Positions 11,564 to 20,782 of a DNA stretch of 21,376 nt are shown here, in pieces. The DNA is from Trichinella spiralis (Eukaryota): NCBI RefSeq assembly GCF_000181795.1, contig NW_003526947.1:383818-405193 (forward strand), given 5' to 3'. The notes under the pieces were generated by a model. The model made no database searches. It saw nothing but the letters and a program-made list of their open reading frames with translations, and was not told the DNA's origin. Positions within the stretch are counted from its first letter, which is position 1. The number at the start of each line of letters is the position of its first letter. The translations under genes were made by a program, and so were the position numbers.

Positions 11564-12355
11564 CAATGGTTCGCAACTCCTGTGATGCACAACCCCTCTA
11601 ATGAAAGTTGTGCAGTTCATGCCCTCCCTCTAAAAAAGTATCTTGTCTGTCTATCTTGTATCTGTCTGACATTTCATGTCTGACATATCGAGAAATTTGC
11701 CCCTCCCCTATGAAATGTGCAGTCATCTCCTTCGAAAAGTATAGCGTATATATCTGTGTACGCAAGCAAATTTTGGCTCANNNNNNNNNNNNNNNNNNNN
11801 NNNNNNNNNNNNNNNNNNNNNNNNNNNNNNNNNNNNNNNNNNNNNNNNNNNNNNNNNNNNNNNNNNNNNNNNNNNNNNNNNNNNNNNNNNNNNNNNNNNN
11901 NNNNNNNNNNNNNNNNNNNNNNNNNNNNNNNNNNNNNNNNNNNNNNNNNNNNNNNNNNNNNNNNNNNNNNNNNNNNNNNNNNNNNNNNNNNNNNNNNNNN
12001 NNNNNNNNNNNNNNNNNNNNNNNNNNNNNNNNNNNNNNNNNNNNNNNNNNNNNNNNNNNNNNNNNNNNNNNNNNNNNNNNNNNNNNGTCGCTTTCAATGT
12101 TTAACTTGCTGCGATGCTGCATATGAAATGCCATAAGTGCGGAGAATCCCGTTACACAAAGGTACGTTGCTGTGAATAGAACCAATATACGAACTAAGAT
12201 AACCAGAAAGAAAAGTTAGCAAAAATTTAGCACGAAGTAGACCAAACTGAATTTCTAACACTTATGCGAGACTAAAAATTCTAACTTCTCACGCTCCCCC
12301 TGGAACCTGCCTACGCCCCCATAGGGGGGCGTGCCCCCCTGGTTGAGAACCACTG
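11564..12355 (-). mobile_element. Internally deleted hAT DNA transposon, Buster/Charlie type
   Basis: TIRs CAATGGTTCGCAAC (11564-11577) and GTTGAGAACCACTG (12342-12355), 12/14 match, Charlie-type CAGTGGTTCTCAAC. Degenerate 8-bp TSD ATTTAAAG / CTTGAAAG. GC-rich subterminal palindrome at 12313-12332. Minus-strand peptide ILVLFTATYLCVTGFSALMAFHMQHRSKLNIESD (12188-12087) fits the hAT C-terminal dimerisation motif (F.TTYLCE.GFS...K.RS.LN.E.D). Confidence 0.8.
11781..12086. other. Assembly gap (306 N)
   Basis: Run of N. Confidence 1.
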
Positions 12356-13844
12356 CTTGAAAGTGATCGTGAATATAACCGCTCCGTTGGAGGAGCCGAC
12401 GAAACCGTTGCAGTATTTTTTTCCAAAAATCCCGTCATGCCGATGTGTGAAGATAATGAAAATACCAACGGCTGTCGATGTGCAGTAGTGATGAAGAAGA
12501 AGCTCTATTGTGCTGAATGTACAACATTATTTATTAACTATTAGTTCATTTTGGTATATGATGAGGAAGGCTGCGGGGTGCAGTGTGTACGGATTTATAA
12601 GTGAAAACCGTGATGGATGAAGCTGATCGCGATGAATCCTGCCTTGTAGTTGAGCACATAGACAATAAAATGCAGCAAAAGGCTCATCTAAAAAACATAA
12701 TGGTGTAGAAATGAAACGCATCCGTGTCTCATGCGGTGAAGAAACCTACACTGCGTCTGTGGAGCCATCTGCATCTGACCAGTTTTTGGTTTCGAAGCGG
12801 GTGTGAACCGACTGTGTTGAAAATATTGTGATAAAGAATTTTAAAAGTAATTAATTAAAAGAATATTTAATAAATGTAATAAACATATTGAATTTGCATT
12901 TAAATGTTCTGTAGAATCCTACGTTTCGAATGATATATTTAGAAGCGTGCATTAACCTATCACTCTGCTAACGTTCGTGATTGATTTAGCACCACAGCTA
13001 CCGTTGTTTCTTGTGGTAAAAAATAAACAATTGATATTGTTATTATTATTATTGAATATGAGAACAGCAGTCAATTATTTAGTTGGGCTTTGGTTCGTGG
13101 GAGAGGGAAGTCGTTGTATCAGTTCGCTCGTATATGCCTGTTGTTTGATTGTATATTTAATAAAATCCACTCACAATTATCAGATACAAAGCGAGATTTG
13201 TAAAATTCAGATCTGGCGTAAAAGAAGACAGTTAGCTGCAGAATTTAATTGTCAACAATCAAGTGTAGTACGATTGCCCTTCGAGTCTACTACATGTTCA
13301 ACTATTTTTTTGTATTTTCGCGGAACATGCCACATTAGGAAGAACTTTCCATTTAAATATATTGAAAATCTCCAATTCAGTTGTAATCCCAATTGTGTAA
13401 AGCTAATCAAACGGTACTTGGAAAATAATAGAAGAATACAAAATAAAAAGCAATAATCAATTAATCCTCAAATAAAACTGATTGTTTATCTATAGCTATT
13501 TAATAAATAAATAGAAGATTTCTGTATATGAATTCATACTTATGAATTTTTATGAGTCTCTATGACAATGACTCTATGAGACATTGAGAAGCTTCATTTT
13601 TATTGATGATAACAACAAAAAATTCAGGGAGATTTTATTCTGATTTTAATAGCAAAACACAGCCCTTGAATCGATATTATTCATTCGACTCACAGGCAAA
13701 AGTATTTCCTCCTGTGATACTTTTCAATTCATCTTTTCTCTTCGGTGAGGCTTATTATTTCACTTTGCTCACACTATTATTAGAGCTTTAATGCGTCTCA
13801 TACACTTTGACATGTGTGAAAGCTGTTTTGAAATACCCCGTCTT

Positions 13845-13910
13845 ATTATGGGATTCGAACACACATAGCTTCTGCAGAAGACATGCACTAATCCGCATGA
13901 CTAGCACGCA
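13845..13910 (-). repeat. Degenerate tRNA-derived relic (SINE head or pseudo-tRNA)
   Basis: Minus strand has B-box GTTCGAATCCC (13860-13850) and A-box-like TAGTCATGCGG (13903-13893) at tRNA-like spacing. A proper cloverleaf could not be folded. Confidence 0.35.
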
Positions 13911-14808
13911 TACAATTTTAAAGTGAACGATGCTAATATATATAGTTTAGTTCATATTATTTTTGGTGTGCTAAAAAAAGCAATAAAAATAATAATAATT
14001 ACTATTATCGCTTTTAATATTTTAACACATTTGCCTGTTTTTTTAACTTTTTATTGTTCTTCTTTCTGTAAAGCACACTAATAGGAACATCAGAAACTGT
14101 GTTTGTTCATTATTTGAAACTACTGTTAAATTTAATGTTTTAATAATGTCATGACTTTTTTGCTTTTTCCAAGCACTGCTGCCATCGGCGTCAATCAAAT
14201 AGCAACGTTCATAATTTACCATCGCATTTCACAATCCAATATTTGTATAATTAAAATAACGGTATAGTTATGATATGTAAATTCAAAGAATTGCATGATT
14301 ACTGTAAATAGATTATCTGCCGCATTTCTATAGCTAACTAAATTTCAGTAAATACGGCGGTGATTGAAGATCAATATAATGTACATTTAAAAACTAAGTG
14401 TATTTTTTGTGGTGGAGGTGATATTCTAATTTCAATAAAATAAAGGACTTATGTTATTTTGTTCTGACTACAAAATCCAAAATGAGATATTTACAAGGTT
14501 TGGTAAATTGTTGTATTGGATTACACAATCTTCAACCATGCAGCACAATTGGAATGTGTTCATTTAAATAACAATTCAAGTTTATAATGCTGAATTTGCA
14601 TGGCACATTTATCTCTTTCTCTACGTTTAATTTATAGCCCATAATAATATTTCAGTAAAACACAAACAAACAATTATTATTATTTATTTCGATAAAGAAT
14701 TAAATATATAAATGAAAATTAAATGTGACATCTATTAAGAAATAAATGATCTTTAAAATGTGAATATAACAAAAAAATAAGTGGAGTTAAAGAATCATCA
14801 GACACTAG

Positions 14809-15222
14809 TTAGAGATGAATTATTTGCAGCATAACATCCGTTGGTGGTACATTACGGTTCTCTCTGGAAATTATCACTGGCTTCATTTGCACCATTATTC
14901 TATTCAACGGTGGATCTCTTCTCACAGCAACAATCTTCTTACACGCCATTTGTTGCGCATTACGGCCACAGAGATATTCGCCACTTGGAACTTTGGAATA
15001 AAATCGAAGTGGAACCGATTTGAAACAGCCGATATCTTTTAATACTTGATTGTGCCGTATTTCCCTACGACGTCTCCAATCGGTATTTTTCGCCTTTCGG
15101 TACAGCAAAATTAAGTAGAAAATGGCGACCACCATCGCGATCCATTGGATCACTGCTGCCATCCTAATCACATACTGAAACCGTTTTACGAACTCGCAAT
15201 TGAACATTCGAGAATCAAGCAT
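14809..15222 (-). CDS. Orphan 137-aa single-pass membrane protein, copy A
   Basis: ATG-initiated single coding exon. Hydrophobic VIRMAAVIQWIAMVVAIFYLILLY followed by RKAK..WRRRRE. 5'UTR intron 15274-15224 (GTAAGT..TTTCAG), Inr-like TCAGTT 15319-15314, TATATATAA 15351-15343. An intact paralog is at 19192. Confidence 0.75.
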   Translation of the reverse strand: MLDSRMFNCEFVKRFQYVIRMAAVIQWIAMVVAIFYLILLYRKAKNTDWRRRREIRHNQVLKDIGCFKSVPLRFYSKVPSGEYLCGRNAQQMACKKIVAVRRDPPLNRIMVQMKPVIISRENRNVPPTDVMLQIIHL

Positions 15223-15468
15223 TCTGAAAGAGAACGAAAATTACAAAATTTTACCCTCTAAATTGTTCACTTACTTGACGTCAGAGGAGCGTCCTGTTCG
15301 TCAAAAAAGGCAAAACTGATTGCAAATCCCGTCAATCGCTGCTTATATATAGCTAGAGTTTAATGTACTTTAAACGTTTTTTGTTTTAAATTTGATCAAT
15401 GAAGCTTTTTGTTTAAATTTACCTCCAATGTATATATACTTTAAATTTACTCTAAATTNNNNNNNNNN

Positions 15469-16007
15469 GTGGATCTCTTCTCACAGCACAATCTCTACAC
15501 GCATTGGTGCGCATACGGCACAGAGATATCGCACTTGGAACTTTGGAATAAAATCGAAGTGGAACCGATTTGAAACAGCCGATATCTTTTAATACTTGAT
15601 TGTGCCGTATTTCCCTACGACGTCTCCAATCGGTATTTTTCGCCTTTCGGTACAGCAAAATTAAGTAGAAATGGCGACCACCATCGCGATCCATTGGATC
15701 ACTGCTGCCATCCTAATCACATACTGAAACCGTTTTACGAACTCGCAATTGAACATTCGAGAATCAAGCATTCTGAAAGAGAACGAAAATTACAAAATTT
15801 TACCCTCTAAATTGTTCACTTACTTGACGTCAGAGGAGCGTCCTGTTCGTCAAAAAAGGCAAAACTGATTGCAAATCCCGTCAATCGCTGCTTATATATA
15901 GCTAGAGTTTAATGTACTTTAAACGTTTTTTGTTTTAAATTTGATCAATGAAGCTTTTTGTTTAAATTTACCTCCAATGTATATATACTTTAAATTTACT
16001 CTAAATT
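15469..16007. repeat. Direct repeat of 14910-15458 across a 10-N gap (probable unmerged contig overlap)
   Basis: Identical except for ten single-base deletions in homopolymer runs plus a substitution, almost all within about 65 bp of the gap. Confidence 0.9.
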
Positions 16008-16009
16008 AA

Positions 16010-16678
16010 CCCTTTGATGAATTGTTGGGGTGTAGCACACCCCAGGCGGCTTTGTTTTCGATGCAGTTTGTCAATTTTTATTTTTATAGTCTGAAGCTTT
16101 GTGACATCTCTTTTGAAACAATAAGATATATTTTGAAAAGAAATGCAATATTTCAGATATTTTTGTTTGGTCTATAGAACATCGTAAATTTAAAATATAC
16201 ATTGTTGGGTTCTTGGGGTGTGGCATACCCTCACTTTACAAAAACACGTGTGAAAAGCTTAAAATATCTTCAATTATTATAAAAGTTGCTTTAATAGATT
16301 GTAAAAAAAATAGTTGTATATGACGGCATTGAAATATTTTCAATTTTAATAATTTTGAAGACTTTTATAGGTAAAAATTGCAACGAAATTATCGTTAGAA
16401 AATCGTCATTTTAGTTCTTTTCTTCGTGTAGATTATGTTTCGCAAAATTCATGAGACAAGTAACAGAGTTGAGTATAACACGCTATTCTGCAAATTTTGA
16501 GACTACAATAGAGGTCTGTAGTCATTTTTTGGTGCCCTAATGCGACTTCGTTTTGCTAAGCCATTTCTGTGGTTTTAGCTTAAACATATGGAAAAGTGTT
16601 GAGCAGGAAATCTAATGTGGGATGTGGAACACCCCAGGAATCCAACAACGTGCCCAACGCCAACAATCCATCATAGGG
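16010..16678. mobile_element. piggyBac-like non-autonomous element (MITE), about 670 bp
   Basis: TTAA (16006-16009) precedes TIR CCCTTTGATGAATTGTTGG. Right TIR CCAACAATCCATCATAGGG (16660-16678, 17/19) is followed by TAAA. Internal inverted repeats at about 16201-16233 and 16617-16650. Three copies of a GGGGTGT-n3-ACACCCC-type palindrome. No ORF. Confidence 0.7.
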
Positions 16679-16920
16679 TAAAGCATGTCATACTGCAGAG
16701 AAACGTACTGCTGTTTTTATCGCTCTAGTGATGCTGGAAAATTTTCTTTTTCTCCAATTCATACGACTTGCACCAACTTGCTTTGACTAACTGTGGTGAA
16801 TTTTGAAATGTATAAAATTTTGAAATAATCAATAATTCAGTCAAAAGAAAAATCTTTTCTTTAATTCTTATATATCAAACTTTCAGAATGTCGATGACAT
16901 GTTATGCTTAACTGTATAAT

Positions 16921-17324
16921 GAAAAACGAAAGTGTTTTTGCGCAAAACAGTCTGCTCATTAGCACAAACGTGAAGAAATAAAATTACAAAAACAAGTCAT
17001 TATTTGAACAATAAATCTAAAACTGTGAAGAAGCATTGTTTTTAATCACCAATATCACTTCTTTATTACCATATGTAAATTGAGACATCTTTTTAAATTT
17101 TATTCTTGAAAATGTACACAGGAAATTCTCAGCAAATGTAAAGAAGTTAAACACTAGTTATGAGCAATCTTACTTTAGAATAGCTGTAATTACTTTAACG
17201 CAATAAAAGTTATTTTAGATTTATTTAGATTTATTGTTCAAATAATGACCTGTTATTGTAATTTTATTTCTTCACGTTTGTGCTAATGAGCAGACTGTTT
17301 TGCACAAAAACACTTTCGTTTTTC
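16921..17324. repeat. 101-bp inverted repeat with 202-bp spacer (foldback or long-TIR MITE candidate)
   Basis: 16921-17021 versus the reverse complement of 17224-17324: 3 mismatches in 101 bp. No clear TSD. Confidence 0.9.
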
Positions 17325-17520
17325 TCTACAAGCGCTTTGGAATTCTTCAAACATATAGTATACAGCTTTGTGTTACAACAGCAGCCCACAATCAGTATAA
17401 ATCAACAACAAATAACATAAATAATAATCAGCAACAGCAACTAAATCTGAACTATATTACATTATATACAATGGGGAAAATGAACTATACAATAATAATG
17501 AACAAAGTACATACAAGGTG

Positions 17521-17763
17521 CTATAATCGTAGTTGTTCAGGAGTATGACACGATATGGCACTTGAAAAATATTCTACATTAATTTTATTACGATGCAATC
17601 TATTCGTAACTGCAGCTACCCGTCGCTGCTGGACTCTGTAACTCCAACATTTGTCATTGCAGTTTGTGTGCTTCAGGGAGTAGCACTGACCTATGTATAC
17701 TAATTTTTGTTTGTTCATATTTGTAGTTATGAATTGAATTACATCATTGAATGCTTCCATCAT
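17521..17763 (-). pseudogene. Degenerate FLYWCH-type zinc finger, likely a Mutator-like transposase relic
   Basis: FITTNMNKQKLVYIGQCYSLKHTNCNDKCWSY...AVTN retains the F, L-x-Y-x-G-x-x-Y and W positions of FLYWCH. The Cys expected after W is Tyr (TAC) and no catalytic domain follows. Confidence 0.5.
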
Positions 17764-18429
17764 TTAAAAAATATCAAAGCAACGATACGGAAAAGAGCAC
17801 AAGGAAGTTCACGCTATACACAGCAATTAGAGAAAATAGCATTTGCAGTGTTCAATTTTCTTTTAAATAGCTAATGCACCGTTCCGGTTGATTTGTTTTG
17901 CCCAGGTAGATGCGTCTAGCTTTATGCCCAACAGGACTTTACTTCCTGCTTAATGATGTACTTGTCGCTTACTGCAGCATGAGTAATAACGGAATCCATT
18001 TCCTTGTCTATTTCCGTCTCAATTTCCAGTGCATTGCCGTCCTGTCCAGAAAGCCATATCCATCAGAATTTAAACAGATTTCTGATGAGTAGATAAAGGC
18101 GATTTTAGTACAATGGGGAAGTGTGCAATTGATAAATTGTCCACAGTTGGAGTTTTCAACTAAAACTGGGAGTGGTGATTGCTGAATGTTAACACTGAAA
18201 TATTTTATCATTTCGGTTGTAGCGCTCTTTGAAAATGTTTCTCTTTTGCAAAAGAATTTAATCTTTCCAATCTTTCTTTCCAATAGCTCCTGTTCACCAG
18301 TGTTATTATTTTCATTTTTATGTTCTATTTAAATAAAAAAAATGAAACCCTTACTTTTGTTTAAAATATAAATTTGTAGTTATACATTTTGCGTAAATTG
18401 TGTTAAATGTGTTTCTCAATTTCAAAACC

Positions 18430-18952
18430 CCAAAAAATAATTACAGATCTGAATTTTAGTCTCAAAATGCGCAGAATAACGTGTTATACTCAACTCTGTT
18501 ACTTGTCTCATGAATTTTGCGAAACATAATCTACACGAAGAAAAGAACTAAAATGACGATTTTCTAACGATAATTTTGCTGCAATTTTTACCTATAAAAG
18601 TCTTCAAAATTATTAAAATTGAAAATATTTCAATGCCGTCATATACAACTATTTTTTTTACAATCTATTAAAGCAACTTTTATAATAATTGAAGATATTT
18701 TAAGCTTTTCGCACGTGTTTTTGTAAAGTGAGGGTATGCCACACCCCAAAAACCCAACAATGTATTTTTTAAATTTACGATGTTCTATAGACCAAACAAA
18801 AATATCTGAAATATTGCATTTCTTTTCAAAATATATCTTATTGTTTCAAAAGAGATGTCACAAAGCTTCAGACTATAAAAATAAAAATTGACAAACTGCA
18901 TCGAAAACAAAACCGCCTGGGGTGTGCTACACCCCAACAATTCAGCAGAGGG
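18430..18952. mobile_element. Truncated inverted copy of the piggyBac-like MITE
   Basis: CCAACAATTCAGCAGAGGG-TTAA at 18934-18956 mirrors the 16010 end. Homology stops at about 18430, so the other TIR is absent. Confidence 0.7.
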
Positions 18953-19062
18953 TTAATTTCGAGTAAATTTAAAATGTATATACATTGGAGGTAAATTTAA
19001 ACAAAAAGCTTCATTGATCAAATTTAAAACAAAAAAACGTTTAAAGTACATTAAACTCTAGC

Positions 19063-19190
19063 TATATATAAGCAGCGATTAACGGGATTTGCGATCAGTT
19101 TTGCCTTTTTTGACGAACAGGACGCTCCTCTGACGTCAAGTAAGTGAACAATTTAGAGGGTAAAATTTTGTAATTTTCGTTCTCTTTCAG
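19063..19190 (+). promoter_or_regulatory. TATA box, initiator and 51-nt 5'UTR intron of copy B
   Basis: TATATATAA 19063-19071; TCAGTT 19095-19100 about 30 nt downstream; intron GTAAGT (19140) to TTTCAG (19190); ATG at 19192. Confidence 0.65.
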
Positions 19191-19191
19191 A

Positions 19192-19605
19192 ATGCTTGAT
19201 TCTCGAATGTTCAATTGCGAGTTCGTAAAACGGTTTCAGTATGTGATTAGGATGGCAGCAGTGATCCAATGGATCGCGATGGTGGTCGCCATTTTCTACT
19301 TAATTTTGCTGTACAGAAAGGCGAAAAATACCGATTGGAGACGTCGTAGGGAAATACGGCACAATCAAGTATTAAAAGATATCGGCTGTTTCAAATCGGT
19401 TCCACTTCGATTTTATTCCAAAGTTCCAAGTGGCGAATATCTCTGTGGCCGCAATGCGCAACAAATGGCGTTTAAGAAGATTGTTGCTGTGAGAAGAGAT
19501 CCACCGTTGAATAGAATAATGGTGCAAATGAAGCCAGTGATAATTTCCAGAGAGAACCGTAATGTACCACCAAAGGATGTTATGCTGCAAATAATTCATC
19601 TCTAA
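19192..19605 (+). CDS. Orphan 137-aa single-pass membrane protein, copy B
   Basis: Intact ORF differing from copy A at 4 nt (two synonymous Arg codons; C to F and T to K). Confidence 0.75.
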   Translation: MLDSRMFNCEFVKRFQYVIRMAAVIQWIAMVVAIFYLILLYRKAKNTDWRRRREIRHNQVLKDIGCFKSVPLRFYSKVPSGEYLCGRNAQQMAFKKIVAVRRDPPLNRIMVQMKPVIISRENRNVPPKDVMLQIIHL

Positions 19606-20551
19606 CTAGTGTCTGATGATTCTTTAACTCCACCTATTTTTTTGTTATATTCACATTTTAAAGATCATTTATTTCTTTATAGATGTCACAATTTAATTTT
19701 CATTTANNNNNNNNNNAAATATTTAAAATTGTCAGTAATGTAAAATATCAAAACGTATCAATTAAATCTCATTCATAATAAACTATCCTAATTACTGAAC
19801 ATCTAAAACAACTGCCAGCAAACTGTCCTCCATAAAATTGTTCAAAATTAAAGACTTTCAAAAGATATCAGGTGGATAACTGAATATTGTTCATCAATTA
19901 AAAAAGAGCATAAGTTTTTGTTGCCTTCACGTGATAAATAATTAACTCAGATAACTTTATCTGACGGCATTGTTAAATTCATTTGTAGTCAATATTATCA
20001 AGTTAACTAAAAATGTTGATATACATCACGTCAGACGAACAACCTTCACGTAAAGTATCTCAAAAATGCAATACAATAATTCAACTTTTATATTGAATTT
20101 CGTTGATGAGAAATGAAATTTTATTTTGACAAATGAAGATTCATATGGGAATTCAAGAATGTTTGGATAAACGTTTGTGTTCGTCAGGTTGAATTTTATG
20201 CAGAAGAGAGAATTGTGGGCAACAGCTGAATTTCAAAAATATATTATCAAAGCAGCGCTAGCAAAAAAATGATTAAACTGTGTAACAATTTGTACTCATT
20301 TCTTGCCGTTTCAACGACTGGATTTTCATTTTTAAGCCCTAACCACAAAAACTGCTAATTCTAAGGCAAAAATGTATATAGCAGTGCTTACAAATTTGAA
20401 AATTCTCATTAAATCTATTTGAAAACAAAACAAAATATAGTAAATTTTATTTTCAAGAATTTTTAACATTAAAACAAAGAACAGCATTTCTATTGAAATT
20501 ATTTATAAAAGCGAATATTATTAAAAACAGTGCTGCTGATCGAATCAGCTT

Positions 20552-20782
20552 TCATGACGACTGCTCAAGCATTTGTTGAAGAATTTCACTGTCCAACGGC
20601 GCCGTCTGTCCCGGTGGTGGTAGCAAGTCAAGGAATTTATTCACGTTTTGCTTTGTCTGCTGGATCTTCTTTTTTCTTTCCTTCTTCCCCAACTTTACTG
20701 CTCTGTAAATCATATACCCAAATGCGACCAACACGCACAAAGCGGAAAGCACGAAAAGCGCGAAAGTACCTTCCTTCCACAT
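20552..20782 (-). CDS. Small orphan single-pass membrane protein (76 aa)
   Basis: ATG-initiated ORF in a GC-richer island. FALFVLSALCVLVAFGYMIY followed by RAVKLGKKERKKK (positive-inside pattern) and LLPPPG. Minus-strand AATAAA near 20446-20451. Confidence 0.55.
   Translation of the reverse strand: MWKEGTFALFVLSALCVLVAFGYMIYRAVKLGKKERKKKIQQTKQNVNKFLDLLPPPGQTAPLDSEILQQMLEQSS

Larger units (their letters stand above)
14709..19706. repeat. Large inverted duplication: arms 14709-16532 (about 1.28 kb once the 15469-16007 overlap is collapsed) and 18430-19706, spacer about 1.9 kb
   Basis: The reverse complement of the right arm aligns throughout with the left arm, with scattered substitutions (4 of 414 nt in the CDS). 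Identity decays over the innermost about 45 bp. The outer boundary is hidden by the gap at 19707. Confidence 0.95.

Noticed and set aside
11608..12136. Long ORFs running through the N gap
   Set aside because: Artefacts of translating N; only the hAT fragment at 12087-12188 is meaningful.
12977..13456. 159-aa plus-strand ORF
   Set aside because: GTG start, low-complexity AT-rich composition, and no family apart from a short possible HTH relic.
13845..13910. Functional tRNA gene
   Set aside because: Acceptor and T stems do not pair convincingly.
15452..15694. Frameshifted third paralog as a pseudogene
   Set aside because: The error pattern and gap position indicate a contig overlap rather than a real pseudogene.
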